From IMG/VR virus record IMGVR_UViG_3300025229_000001: 64,000 bases of DNA. One strand, given 5' to 3'. Source of the stretch: a virus. The first letter of the stretch is position 1. Each line of letters starts with the position of its first letter. A model generated the notes under the pieces. That model worked only from the letters and a program-made list of their open reading frames with translations, was not told the origin of the DNA and ran no database searches. Positions 7,267 to 16,827 of the stretch are shown here, one piece after another. The translations under genes and the position numbers were made by a program.

Positions 7267-9030
7267 TTACTGCGAGCCGCCGCCGAGCGTATTGCCTGTC
7301 CCGCTGTTCGAAATGTTTGTCGTGTTAGCGAAGTAGACATTCGACTGCACATTGACAGACTTGGAGCCCGACCCGAGGAGGATGCCCGTTGTCATTTCCT
7401 GAATCGCATTAGCCGTAATCACACCGGCGCTCGACGCCCAGGTGTCGATATATATGCCGCGAGTGCCAGTCGGAGATGCAACGGCGGGGTTGAATGTGTT
7501 ACCGATGATGCTGAATGCGCTGTAGTTCTGCAACGAAATCCCGTTGCTGTTGTTCTGGACGAGAAAAAAATTGTTGGCGATCATGATGACACCAACGTTC
7601 GACTGGGTAAGGATGCCGTTGTTGTACGTGTTGAACTGACTATTCGTCACGCTCAACTGGTCGAGCCCTGCCTGGCCAGTCGGAACAACGATCCCGTTGG
7701 TGTCGCCAGTGAAGTTGCTCTGGTTGACAGTAACTCCTTGCACATAGGCCGCGTAGTAAAGGCCAATGCCAAGATAGTTGAAGGTACAGCCCTGGAAGTT
7801 GTACACGACGCCCAAAGCGGTTGCCGTACCGTTCAGAATGACCCCATACGATGCGGTTGATGGGCCGATCGTAGTGACGTTCGTGAAGTTGATGTTGGAT
7901 ACGCTCGCGACATTTACGCCATTGGACCACCCGTCAGTGGCAACGTACCCGTCAGCGCCACGGGTCGTGACATTTGTGATATCCGAGAGAGCGGAGTTGG
8001 CCGGATTGGCGATGGTGCTCTGCTGCTGCGCCAGGTTGATTGCAACCCCAGTCGGCGTTGATGCCGTCGTGGTGACTGATAGATCCCTGATGTGGATACC
8101 GGAAAACGGACCGTTTGCTGCGATCGAAATTCCGAATGATGTGGCATTGAATTTCAGAATCGACGAGTCGGCTGCAACGCCTTTGATGGTGATCGAATTG
8201 GGGTTGGTGTTCGGGAAGGTATATCCGATGCTCGATGCGAAGTAATACGTGCCTTGCGGAAAAAATACGCACACGTTGCCCGTCGACTGGGCGGCTACTG
8301 CATTCGTCCAAGCGGCATTGTTCGATACGACGCCGCCGTTGTTGCCACCGTAGTCAAGTATCGACGGGCAGGGCGAGTGGGCGGCGACAAATGCCGCGTT
8401 GGCTGCCGCAGTGCTGTTCGTGCCTACTGCCGGCGTCGGAACGGTAGGCACGCCCGTTAGGTTGGCATTGGAAATCGTAGGTGCCGTGCCTAGGACGATC
8501 CCTCCTGACGACCCAGTCACTGTTGCCCCCAATGCGGAGGCAACTCCACTGCCGAGGCCTGTCAGACCCGAGATCGGAAGACCCGTGGCGTTAGTAAGCG
8601 CGACTGAGGACGGCGTACCGAGGTTCGGGGTAACAAGAGTAGGACTAGTTGCGAGAACTGCCGAGCCTGAACCTGTTGCCGTCGACGCTCCCGTCCCGCC
8701 TTGAGAGACGGACAGCGGCGTGGTCAAACCGGAGAGCGAGGTAATGTTGCTGTTAGCTCCTGCGGTAGCCCCACTGGAGCTGTTCAGCAGGGTTCCGCTG
8801 GTCGGCAACGTGATATTAGTGGAGCCCGTCGTGTTCAGCACGAGGGAGTTGCCGCCAGTGGTCGAAAAATTTCCTCCAAGCGTGATCGTTCCCGAGTTCG
8901 CGACGCCGGTTCCGCCATTGGCCGGCGTCAACGGATTCTGAAGCGTAACGCTGTTGAACGTGGGTGATGGGTAGGTCTGGGCGAGCGCCGCCAGCGGCGC
9001 AAACAGCGCCGTGATGATGATTTTCTTCAT
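7267..9030 (-). CDS. Tailspike/fibre with beta-helix (pectate lyase 3-like) depolymerase domain and signal-peptide-like N-terminus
   Basis: GGTG shaft repeats; SILDYGG...AWTNA...VFFPQGTY; Asn-rich coils; MKKIIITALFAPLAALA-Q. Confidence 0.8.
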   Translation of the reverse strand: MKKIIITALFAPLAALAQTYPSPTFNSVTLQNPLTPANGGTGVANSGTITLGGNFSTTGGNSLVLNTTGSTNITLPTSGTLLNSSSGATAGANSNITSLSGLTTPLSVSQGGTGASTATGSGSAVLATSPTLVTPNLGTPSSVALTNATGLPISGLTGLGSGVASALGATVTGSSGGIVLGTAPTISNANLTGVPTVPTPAVGTNSTAAANAAFVAAHSPCPSILDYGGNNGGVVSNNAAWTNAVAAQSTGNVCVFFPQGTYYFASSIGYTFPNTNPNSITIKGVAADSSILKFNATSFGISIAANGPFSGIHIRDLSVTTTASTPTGVAINLAQQQSTIANPANSALSDITNVTTRGADGYVATDGWSNGVNVASVSNINFTNVTTIGPSTASYGVILNGTATALGVVYNFQGCTFNYLGIGLYYAAYVQGVTVNQSNFTGDTNGIVVPTGQAGLDQLSVTNSQFNTYNNGILTQSNVGVIMIANNFFLVQNNSNGISLQNYSAFSIIGNTFNPAVASPTGTRGIYIDTWASSAGVITANAIQEMTTGILLGSGSKSVNVQSNVYFANTTNISNSGTGNTLGGGSQ

Positions 9031-9040
9031 TGTTTTCGAA

Positions 9041-9256
9041 TCAGGAGATGGAGACTACGCCGCCGTTATTCCACACGACGCCGGAAACAGAAGGGCGGGC
9101 TGTTGGAAGACTGGACGCGAGGGCCGTAAGCGTGATGATCGAGATGAGGGAGGACAGCGGCATGGTGCAAAGAGCAGATTGCCCGTTTTGCACCTGTCGG
9201 ATGGTTACCGTTTCACTCCCGGTAATAGGCTGAGGAAGTCCAAACACGTCGTCCAT
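9041..9256 (-). CDS. Small tail-associated protein ending in LPT...WNNGG motif
   Basis: 71 aa; C-terminal motif shared with the wedge protein at 9985-10884. Confidence 0.7.
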   Translation of the reverse strand: MDDVFGLPQPITGSETVTIRQVQNGQSALCTMPLSSLISIITLTALASSLPTARPSVSGVVWNNGGVVSIS

Positions 9257-9979
9257 TTAATAGCCTATCGCCATGAAGTTGACCTGAGCGAGGTTGACCG
9301 GCGCACCGTTACTCGTCACGACGGCAACCAGATTGAATCTTGTCGACGAATTGGAGAAGGACGCCTGGTTGTTGGTGACCGTTGTGCCGTTGTTCAGATA
9401 GTTCGCGACCCCAGATAGCAGTGCGTTGGGGAATGGCAAGTCTAGTGGCAGGGTCGCAATCCCCGAGGCATTTGAGACTGCCTGCCCCCACTGGAACACT
9501 AGCGGGACAAGAACGCCAGCTACTGAGCATGGGACTACAAGGTGGCCTGTAACAGTGGTGTCCGCTGAGAACTGCCCGAGATTCACCGCTTGTCCGGCCG
9601 AGGCGGCCGCAGCTACAGCTACGGGATCGTTGAAGGTGTTTGGCCCTGACCAGGTATTCGTCGACGCTAGCTGACCAAACGACGCTTGCTGACCCGCGGT
9701 CGGAGGGCTGTAGGCGTAGTCTCCGGTTAGCCACGAAAGCGCTGCGGTACCCTCTTGCCCCCGCAATACTGTTAGTGTGGATCCGGTCCTCTCCGTCGCA
9801 TATACGACCTCGTAATTCTGGCGGGTCGCGACGTCGTTCAGCGTTATGGCCAAAACCTGTCCGGAGGGGATGGACGCCGGCAGATTCGCTGTGTTCGAAA
9901 GGGTAATCGTGGTTGCGTTGGACGCGACCGGTCCTGCCAACGTCGTATTAACGTTGTTCGCGAACGTGAAGATTGTCAT
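9257..9979 (-). CDS. Short tail fibre / fibre adaptor
   Basis: FANNVNTTLA...LTVLRGQEGT anchor; C-terminal FQWG...PFPN domain; follows baseplate wedge genes. Confidence 0.75.
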   Translation of the reverse strand: MTIFTFANNVNTTLAGPVASNATTITLSNTANLPASIPSGQVLAITLNDVATRQNYEVVYATERTGSTLTVLRGQEGTAALSWLTGDYAYSPPTAGQQASFGQLASTNTWSGPNTFNDPVAVAAAASAGQAVNLGQFSADTTVTGHLVVPCSVAGVLVPLVFQWGQAVSNASGIATLPLDLPFPNALLSGVANYLNNGTTVTNNQASFSNSSTRFNLVAVVTSNGAPVNLAQVNFMAIGY

Positions 9980-9984
9980 TGTCG

Positions 9985-10884
9985 TCAGGCGATCGAGATG
10001 ACGCCGCCGTTATTCCAGAGTTGACCGGTTGAGCCCGGATTGGCAAGGGGGAGATTGCCGCCCCCAAGTGCGAGGAGACCCGCGGCGGTGACAGTTCCAA
10101 AATACACAGGCGGGGCTAAAGGATCCGGAGTAATGCCGGGAATGACAGAAACCGTCCCTCCGTTGTACCAGACAGAGCCGGCGGCCAACCCTGCTGGGCT
10201 AGTTGGATAGTTCAGAGGCGCCGTCATCCACAGAACACCTCCATCGTTGAAGAAACCGATGTTGACGAACGCAAATGTGTACTGGAACGGGAACGCGAGA
10301 ACGCCGTTGTTGAGGCATTCTTGGAGACTGGTGAAAGTGGCGTCTTGAAACGAGGTGATAGTGAACACGTTTCCCGACACCGTTATGGAGGGCGGGCTGT
10401 CCAGCACTGCGTAGTCTGATCCATTCGCGCCATTCAAGAACCGGTTGACCCTGTTCTTCAGCCACCCAAGATTGAACACCTGGCCGTCGCCGCGGTACAA
10501 GTTCCACGTCATCACGCGTTTGTAGATGTCGTCCGATGCAATCTCCGCCGCTCCGGAAGATGAGTGGCTCAGGCCGTTGTACGGCACTGTGTTGTACGGT
10601 GCGGTGTTATAGCCCGCTATCGTTGATGACGTTTGTGTGGATAGGACCGGGCGGGGTATTCCGTAAACCCCGTTACCTATCCAATCCAGCAGCGGACCAG
10701 TAACGTTTGGAGACGTGTAGAGTCCCAACGGGGTCTGGTTGTACCAGTTGAGATACCCTTGCGTGATCGAGTTGAACGCGTCAACAAACGCCTGCAGGTC
10801 CTCGTCGTCACTATATTGCTGATAGAGATAGCTCGGAATGATGTTCTGAAGCGGCAACGTCGAGAACGATTCGATATTGCCCAT
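9985..10884 (-). CDS. Baseplate wedge protein (gpI/DUF2612-like)
   Basis: Follows baseplate J; LLDWIG..YGIPRP, DDIYKR pattern. Confidence 0.7.
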   Translation of the reverse strand: MGNIESFSTLPLQNIIPSYLYQQYSDDEDLQAFVDAFNSITQGYLNWYNQTPLGLYTSPNVTGPLLDWIGNGVYGIPRPVLSTQTSSTIAGYNTAPYNTVPYNGLSHSSSGAAEIASDDIYKRVMTWNLYRGDGQVFNLGWLKNRVNRFLNGANGSDYAVLDSPPSITVSGNVFTITSFQDATFTSLQECLNNGVLAFPFQYTFAFVNIGFFNDGGVLWMTAPLNYPTSPAGLAAGSVWYNGGTVSVIPGITPDPLAPPVYFGTVTAAGLLALGGGNLPLANPGSTGQLWNNGGVISIA

Positions 10885-10886
10885 GG

Positions 10887-12302
10887 CTACCCCTGAGTGA
10901 CTGTAATCGCCGTCGCACTGGCTGAAAAATATCCTTCAGGGTCGCCAGCGATAATGCTCGTGCCGGCGCCCGGCGAGACTGGCGATCCATTGATAGTCAC
11001 GGCGAATTGCAGCGTAGTGATGTTGGAGGCTGCTATCACCGATGACACCGCGTTCTGAAACACTGCGGTCATTTCCAGTTCGTTGATTGGCTGGCCGACG
11101 TAGATCGAATTGATGTAGGACTGCAGAGCCGGCGCGGCTAACTGGTTGACCGATGTTCCTGCCGTGAAACTCGGCAGAGTGGTATTCCAGGTGACCGCGA
11201 CCGTCACAACCTGTTGAGTGGGATTGACGAACGTGATCGAATAGGTGTCCGGATTCTGGAACAGCGAAACACTTACGGTACGCGGATTCGGCGTTAACTT
11301 CGCGCCGCTCACGTATGCCCCAAAACCACTACCATTGGTCGTTGTCGTGATCGTCGTGGGCGTGACAGACGCGATCGTATAGGTGAGGTTGTAGGCGCTT
11401 GGCGTAGCTCCCGACACGGTCACCGTAGCGCCCGCAACATAACCATGGTTCAGGTTTGTCGTAATGACCACAGGATTTGCCGCGGTCATTGTCGTAATGG
11501 CGAGTTGCGACCCTTTCAGCAGTGCGATGTCGCCGGCACCTTGCAATATGGCATTAGCCACGGCATATGCATCGCCGCCACCGCAGATAACCTGCCACCC
11601 GCCTGAAACAGCGTTGACAGAAACCAGTTGCTGCTGGACTCCAGTGATTTTGTAGAGCAACGTCTTAAGGTAGGCGGGCGTGCCAATTGCAGCCACTAGA
11701 CCGGCCTGCAACACCTGGGCGCGATAGTCCTGAACGCTTTGGGTCGTCGTTGCGGCTGTTCCGGCTTCCGGGTTAGTCACGGTAACGGCATATGCGCTGG
11801 GGACAGAGGTCACCAACTGGTTAACGGTGTTCGCAGGAATCGCGAAACTTCCGCTTGTAGTCGCGACTGCATAGAGCAGGGGGCTCAGGCCGCTGGACTG
11901 GATGACTCCGCCGTCCTGAAGAGCATATTGATTGGTGCCATCGGAGACCGTGAATCCTGGCTGGAATACATAACCCGCTGGGCCTGCAAACTGCACATAG
12001 ACGCTGCCATTCGCGCCAACTCCTTGACGGACGCCGAATTGAGCGCCGAGTTGTGCAAGCACAAAGGCGTTAGCGCCATACGGGCTCACGCTGTTGATGG
12101 CGTCGACTCGAGCCTGATCTATCGCAACAAGTGCACCCGTGTCCGTGCCTGCGACGTCGTCAATCAAAGAGCCCGGCAAATTGGCCGTATAGCCAGGGAC
12201 CTGAGTCGAAACATAATTGATCAGGCTGTCGTACAGTGTGGCCACCGGAGTCGCCTGCGGCCCTGCCGTCGTCATAATCAGTGGGATAGACGTTGTGCTC
12301 AT
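10887..12302 (-). CDS. Baseplate J-like protein with inserted beta domain
   Basis: LPGSLIDD, GANGSVYVQFAG, QSVQDYRAQVL. Confidence 0.8.
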   Translation of the reverse strand: MSTTSIPLIMTTAGPQATPVATLYDSLINYVSTQVPGYTANLPGSLIDDVAGTDTGALVAIDQARVDAINSVSPYGANAFVLAQLGAQFGVRQGVGANGSVYVQFAGPAGYVFQPGFTVSDGTNQYALQDGGVIQSSGLSPLLYAVATTSGSFAIPANTVNQLVTSVPSAYAVTVTNPEAGTAATTTQSVQDYRAQVLQAGLVAAIGTPAYLKTLLYKITGVQQQLVSVNAVSGGWQVICGGGDAYAVANAILQGAGDIALLKGSQLAITTMTAANPVVITTNLNHGYVAGATVTVSGATPSAYNLTYTIASVTPTTITTTTNGSGFGAYVSGAKLTPNPRTVSVSLFQNPDTYSITFVNPTQQVVTVAVTWNTTLPSFTAGTSVNQLAAPALQSYINSIYVGQPINELEMTAVFQNAVSSVIAASNITTLQFAVTINGSPVSPGAGTSIIAGDPEGYFSASATAITVTQG

Positions 12303-12369
12303 GCGGCGTAGTGGTCAGTTCAGCGATGGAATGGGCCGCCACAAAACCTGCGGCGTTGATATGCATGTC

Positions 12370-13752
12370 TTAGCGACGGCGCGCCTGAATGTTTCCGTAC
12401 GCCGCCATCGTGCCCCCGGAGAACGTCACGGAGCCGGATAGATAAAGTGTGGTGGTTGCTGAAACATTGATCCGACCCATGCCGGTTTGTACGGCGGTCC
12501 CCTGACTGGCAGTGAAGGCAGTCGACATGAAGAACCACGGTTTCGCCGGATCAGAATCCGTTGGCATCGTCGCGGACGTGGTGCTAAGCCATGCGGAAAT
12601 CAGGGCAATGGAGGTCACACTGCTGGGCTTGGTAATAAATTGCCCCCAGATGTCCCAGTCGCCCGGTGTCAGCGTGATCGACGTAACGTTCGTTGCTGTC
12701 TGGTTGGCAAAAGCTACTGCCGAAGCCTGAGGGACGTTCGATGAAATCGGTTCGCCAACACTGCCGGCCGTCACGTTGCTGCCGGTTGCGTTGCCCACGA
12801 TGCCAGCGGGATACGCCGGCGTGATAGCACTGGTAGCCTGAAGCGTCGAGAATTTGCCGGCTGCAGCAGTCGTTGTGCCGATTGCCGGAGGCGATGCGAG
12901 GTACGTGCTGAATCCGGCGCCGCTTACCGTGCTGGATGCAGACAGAGTAGTGAAGGATCCAGCCGCCGCCGTAGTGCTTCCGATGGCTGGCGGTGACGCA
13001 AGATAGTTGCTGAAGCCCGTGCCACTAACCGTGCTGCTCGCCGCGAGTGTCGTGAACGATCCTGTACTGCCGCTGACCGGAGCGTTGGTGATCGTCCCGC
13101 CCGAGATGGTCGGTGAATTGATCGTCGGGGATGTTCCGAAAACCGCCGAGCCGCTGCCCGTCTCGTCAGACAGCACTCCGGCCAATTGCGCCGATGTCGT
13201 CGCTGCGAACTGCGCAAGCGTGCCGGTCGTCGTGGCCGAACTGGCGTAGCACGTGAAGCCAGTGCCGCTCGTGTACTGCAGCGCGCTCGTTGAAGTGCTG
13301 CAACTCGGCATCGCGAACGCAGTCGGCGATGCGCTTAATGCAGTGACATTTGCAAGCACGCTATTTGCCGCCTGAGCAGCCAGCGACGAAGGAGAAACCA
13401 GTCCGGGAGCCGTGAGCGATCCAGTTACAGTGAGGCCGGAAATTGTCGGCGACGCGGCGAGCACGACATTGCCCGAGCCGGTAGAGGCCGTCGCTCCGGT
13501 GCCGCCTGACGCGACTGGCAAAGGCGAGGTAAGACCGGAGATTGTGCCGCCAGTAATGGCGGTTCCCGACATCGTGCCGCCGGTAATCGTAGCGTTGCTG
13601 ATCGATCCGCCGGTGATAGCTGCAGCCGAATTCGACGTCTTGGACGCTAGGGCGCTATTCAACTGCGCGGCGGTAAGAATCTGGCCGGGCGTAAACTGGG
13701 CGTTCGCGGCCGAACAGACGAACAGCAGGAAGGGAAGTAGACGTCGAATCAT
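12370..13752 (-). CDS. Tail fibre with signal-peptide-like N-terminus
   Basis: Start at 13752 makes an ATGA overlap with the upstream stop; MIRRLLPFLLFVCSAANA-QFTPGQILTAAQLN; PVASGGTG shaft; SITLTPGDWDI C-terminal domain. Confidence 0.8.
   Translation of the reverse strand: MIRRLLPFLLFVCSAANAQFTPGQILTAAQLNSALASKTSNSAAAITGGSISNATITGGTMSGTAITGGTISGLTSPLPVASGGTGATASTGSGNVVLAASPTISGLTVTGSLTAPGLVSPSSLAAQAANSVLANVTALSASPTAFAMPSCSTSTSALQYTSGTGFTCYASSATTTGTLAQFAATTSAQLAGVLSDETGSGSAVFGTSPTINSPTISGGTITNAPVSGSTGSFTTLAASSTVSGTGFSNYLASPPAIGSTTAAAGSFTTLSASSTVSGAGFSTYLASPPAIGTTTAAAGKFSTLQATSAITPAYPAGIVGNATGSNVTAGSVGEPISSNVPQASAVAFANQTATNVTSITLTPGDWDIWGQFITKPSSVTSIALISAWLSTTSATMPTDSDPAKPWFFMSTAFTASQGTAVQTGMGRINVSATTTLYLSGSVTFSGGTMAAYGNIQARRR
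12845..13070 (-). repeat. Tandem ~35-aa repeat in fibre (two copies plus a partial)
   Basis: GSFTTLxASSTVSGxGFSxYLASPPAIGxTTAAA twice, then GKFSTLQA. Confidence 0.85.
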
Positions 13753-14153
13753 GCGAGAGCCGATTGATTGAGAATAAACGTGCTGTCCAGTTGCGGAGCA
13801 GTGATCGAGGAGTCGACGTAATCGGTCAGTACGGCGCCGCTGTGGCAGGTGATGCTGACGTTGTAGACGGGTGGAGACGTGGCCTGCTCCCGCGCGATGG
13901 TCAGAGACGCGAAGTATTGGGCGAACTGCGTCTGGGTCTGCATGACGTAGTAGTCGGGCAGAACCTGCGTGACGATCGTTTGATACTGGGGAATTCCGTA
14001 GTTTGCGTAGATCGGCGATTCGCCAAGATTCAGTTTGAGACATTGCGCGAGCGTGGTCATATAAACCGAGTCGTTGTAGCCGTTTGCATCGGTTTCAACG
14101 ACGACCCACGTCTTCGTACCATCCGCGTTAGAGATTCGTCCGTAAGTTCGCAT
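13749..14153 (-). CDS. Baseplate wedge initiator (gp25-like)
   Basis: Position between spike and J; LKLNLGESPIYANYGIP. Confidence 0.65.
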   Translation of the reverse strand: MRTYGRISNADGTKTWVVVETDANGYNDSVYMTTLAQCLKLNLGESPIYANYGIPQYQTIVTQVLPDYYVMQTQTQFAQYFASLTIAREQATSPPVYNVSITCHSGAVLTDYVDSSITAPQLDSTFILNQSALA

Positions 14154-14177
14154 TCAATTGACCATTCCGATTTATCT

Positions 14178-14831
14178 ATGCCAGAAACCTATCCGCCGAA
14201 CTTCTTCACGCACGACAACCTGCTGACGCTGTCTCGCGACTATCTGGTGCTCGTGCTTTTCCTGCGGAGTCGTTCCGAGGTGTTTCCGTGGGCCATTGAG
14301 GTAGCGAAGAGCGCCCCCTTATTTGCGGTGCGAGACCTTGAGACGCTCAAGGTTCACGTGGCCGGGTTCGCTGCGACTTTTGATGGCGCCACGCGCGCGA
14401 TGGATCTGATTCATTACGTTCGCGGTTGGCGAGGAACGCATTTCTATGCGCAGGGGCGCATGGTCATTGGCGAAATGGAGCCGGCGTTCGAGATAGAGGC
14501 AGTACTAAAATGCTTCGCCGATTCGTGCGCTGCGCGAGACCATCGGGCTCACTGTTTCCGGCTGATTGATGACCCGTTCAATCCACTGGCGCCATATCGC
14601 GCGTTCGACCACGTTGCGCCGAACTTCAGGCACTTCGAAGCGGCATCAATTGACGGAACATATGTCTTCCCGTGTCGACACATGCTGCAGTGGTTCAGGC
14701 CGCAAATGACTCACCCTGCATCAATACCAGACCAGATACAGGCCGAGGGCGTCGCGCACTATTGCGATGTCTGCCCACGGTTCGCGCCCGACGATTTCGG
14801 GATTAACACAGGGAGTGCCAAGAAATGCTGA
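14178..14831 (+). CDS. Moron, cytoplasmic hypothetical protein (217 aa, Cys/His clusters)
   Basis: Start moved to MPETYP, since the ORF-track extension overlaps a real minus-strand gene; CFADSC..RDHRAHC, FPCRH, HYCDVC. Confidence 0.65.
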   Translation: MPETYPPNFFTHDNLLTLSRDYLVLVLFLRSRSEVFPWAIEVAKSAPLFAVRDLETLKVHVAGFAATFDGATRAMDLIHYVRGWRGTHFYAQGRMVIGEMEPAFEIEAVLKCFADSCAARDHRAHCFRLIDDPFNPLAPYRAFDHVAPNFRHFEAASIDGTYVFPCRHMLQWFRPQMTHPASIPDQIQAEGVAHYCDVCPRFAPDDFGINTGSAKKC

Positions 14832-15163
14832 CTCGTTGGATCGTGCTGACCGCAGCCCTGTTGCCATCGCTTGTCCATGCCGTTGACCTTTCCGGAATTC
14901 CTCAGAACTGCCAGGCCCCGCTCGCGCACGACATGGAAATGGCCAATATCCCTTACTTACTGGAACTTGGCGAGAACGCCGCTCGGATCACATCCATACA
15001 AACGCTTGGCGGAACGCCAGCTTACGAGTACTACCCCGGCCTCTATCGAATCGACTGCTATATCACCGTCCACTGGAGCAATGGAACGGTTGATTACGCC
15101 CACAAGTTCAGCATGTGGCAGGACAAATATGGCGACCTGAAGGGCTCGTATTCGCAGCGCTAA
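14825..15163 (+). CDS. Moron, secreted/periplasmic small protein
   Basis: MLTRWIVLTAALLPSLVHA-V signal peptide; two Cys; overlaps upstream gene by 7 nt. Confidence 0.7.
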   Translation: MLTRWIVLTAALLPSLVHAVDLSGIPQNCQAPLAHDMEMANIPYLLELGENAARITSIQTLGGTPAYEYYPGLYRIDCYITVHWSNGTVDYAHKFSMWQDKYGDLKGSYSQR

Positions 15164-15864
15164 TTGATCGGTGGATCGGTCTGCGTTTTTGTTCCTGTGC
15201 CAGGGAAGTAGCCGTGAGTGTGGTTCTCGTAGCTCTCGCCGTTAATGCTTAGCCCTGAGCCATCCAGGACGATGGTGTTTGTCCCAAACATCATAGTGAT
15301 TCCGCTAGCGTTCAACACGAGGGATGTCGAGCCATAGTTCAATGCCGTTTCGGTGGCATTGATCACCACCGTGTTGGAGCCGAACGTGACAGTGGTTCCA
15401 CTGGTGTCCGTCACGATCTGGGAGGTGGGACCTTCCGTCGTGCGAATAATGGCGCCGTTGGGACCCTGAACCTGCGCCGCGTTTTGATCAATCGGCGGCG
15501 ATCCCGAGTTGCTGATCGGAACGAACACCAGGGCGCTCAGATTGCCCGGCCTGGTCAGTGTCGCGACTCCACCACCCAACCCCGAGACCCCGCCAAGATA
15601 TGCGTCCGCGGGCATCGTTACGCCCTTGTCGCCTACCTGCGTCGGCATCCGGACCCACGTGCTTTCAGCCTTTGGGATCGTAATGTTGGGCAGTGTGAAC
15701 GGTGCCGCATTAACCTCAAAGGCAACCGTGACGATCGATCCGCTGACCTTTACAACCCGGCACGGTAGAGCACGGCCCAGATTCTCGATTGCCTGTTGCG
15801 CTCGGTTGATCGCCGTCTGGTTAGCGCTTCGCTGTACCCACAGTTTGGCGTAGTTTTCAGACAT
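15160..15864 (-). CDS. Baseplate central spike (gpV-like)
   Basis: OB-fold start (LPCRVVKV), beta repeats, terminal NHTH metal-binding HxH. Confidence 0.85.
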   Translation of the reverse strand: MSENYAKLWVQRSANQTAINRAQQAIENLGRALPCRVVKVSGSIVTVAFEVNAAPFTLPNITIPKAESTWVRMPTQVGDKGVTMPADAYLGGVSGLGGGVATLTRPGNLSALVFVPISNSGSPPIDQNAAQVQGPNGAIIRTTEGPTSQIVTDTSGTTVTFGSNTVVINATETALNYGSTSLVLNASGITMMFGTNTIVLDGSGLSINGESYENHTHGYFPGTGTKTQTDPPIN

Positions 15865-15867
15865 CGA

Positions 15868-16827
15868 TTAACTCGGGATGATGATGCAGTTCGCTATCGT
15901 CGACCATTGCGCCGCGTCGGGTGATCGGAAGTTTCCGATTTGCCGCAACTCGTTGATGATGAAGTTGCTCTGGAAGGTCGTCTGGTACTTGATGCTCGCG
16001 GGGTACGCGCTCGCACTGGTCTTGATGTAACCGGGAGCATTTTGAAGCCCCTCCGGCATCTTGACTATCGCGCCCATTTGCAGATCCGCTCGAGCGACCA
16101 TCTTCGTCTGGATCGTATTGACACCGATCCACGTCGGTTGGCCCACGAAATCATTGAAGTTCAGCTGGATCGGGTTCGGCTTGTATGTACTGTCATAGAC
16201 GACGATCTGTCCCGCCTGAATGCCGATGGTCACCCGGTTGTCAAAGACGCCTTCGGTGATGTCCCCTACGATTTGTGCGAGTTGATCCAGCGTCCCGCAA
16301 ATATGCGGCTCATCGTGGCTTTGCACAAAATCGCCACTGATGTTCATCGACACCTGAAAGCCTGGGTACGCCACTGAAAACGTCTGCTTCAGCGCATCGG
16401 CGAGCGACATGCCCGCGCTCCAGTCAAGCAGGATGTTGGCCGGGTTGTCGACCGTGTAGACGCCAGGAATCACGACGAAGTCGAGCGTTTGGTCTACGCC
16501 CTCCCAGTTGCCGAACGATTGAAAGATCGTCCCCTTCAGGATCGTGCCCGCTTGCGCAGGGTTGACCAGCGGCAGGCCAGCGCGCATGCCCGCCTTGAGC
16601 TCCAGCGTCATGCCCGCGAACTGCTGGGCCTGCGTCAAATCCTGGAGCGGAATGCCGTAGATCGTGACGGTTGATGCGCCGCTCGGCGTACCGTACGGCC
16701 CGACCAGCGCGTCATATTCGATATTGAGAGCCGCAGGGTCATAGATGTTGTTCGGATGCGAGGTGTAAGTCCGAAACGGCGTCGTGCTGCCCTTTGGCGT
16801 GATGGTCAGGGAATAGTATCTGCTCAC
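15868..16827 (-). CDS. Baseplate hub protein
   Basis: Position upstream of spike; size and pattern typical of hub proteins. Confidence 0.7.
   Translation of the reverse strand: MSRYYSLTITPKGSTTPFRTYTSHPNNIYDPAALNIEYDALVGPYGTPSGASTVTIYGIPLQDLTQAQQFAGMTLELKAGMRAGLPLVNPAQAGTILKGTIFQSFGNWEGVDQTLDFVVIPGVYTVDNPANILLDWSAGMSLADALKQTFSVAYPGFQVSMNISGDFVQSHDEPHICGTLDQLAQIVGDITEGVFDNRVTIGIQAGQIVVYDSTYKPNPIQLNFNDFVGQPTWIGVNTIQTKMVARADLQMGAIVKMPEGLQNAPGYIKTSASAYPASIKYQTTFQSNFIINELRQIGNFRSPDAAQWSTIANCIIIPS

Noticed and set aside
7267-13752. DGR or invertible tail-fibre switching
   Set aside because: No reverse transcriptase, template/variable repeat pair, invertase or flanking inverted sites seen.
13753-14177. 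ORF-track N-terminal extensions of 12370-14043 and 13764-14831
   Set aside because: They overlap the gp25-like gene; starts at 13752 and 14178 fit better.
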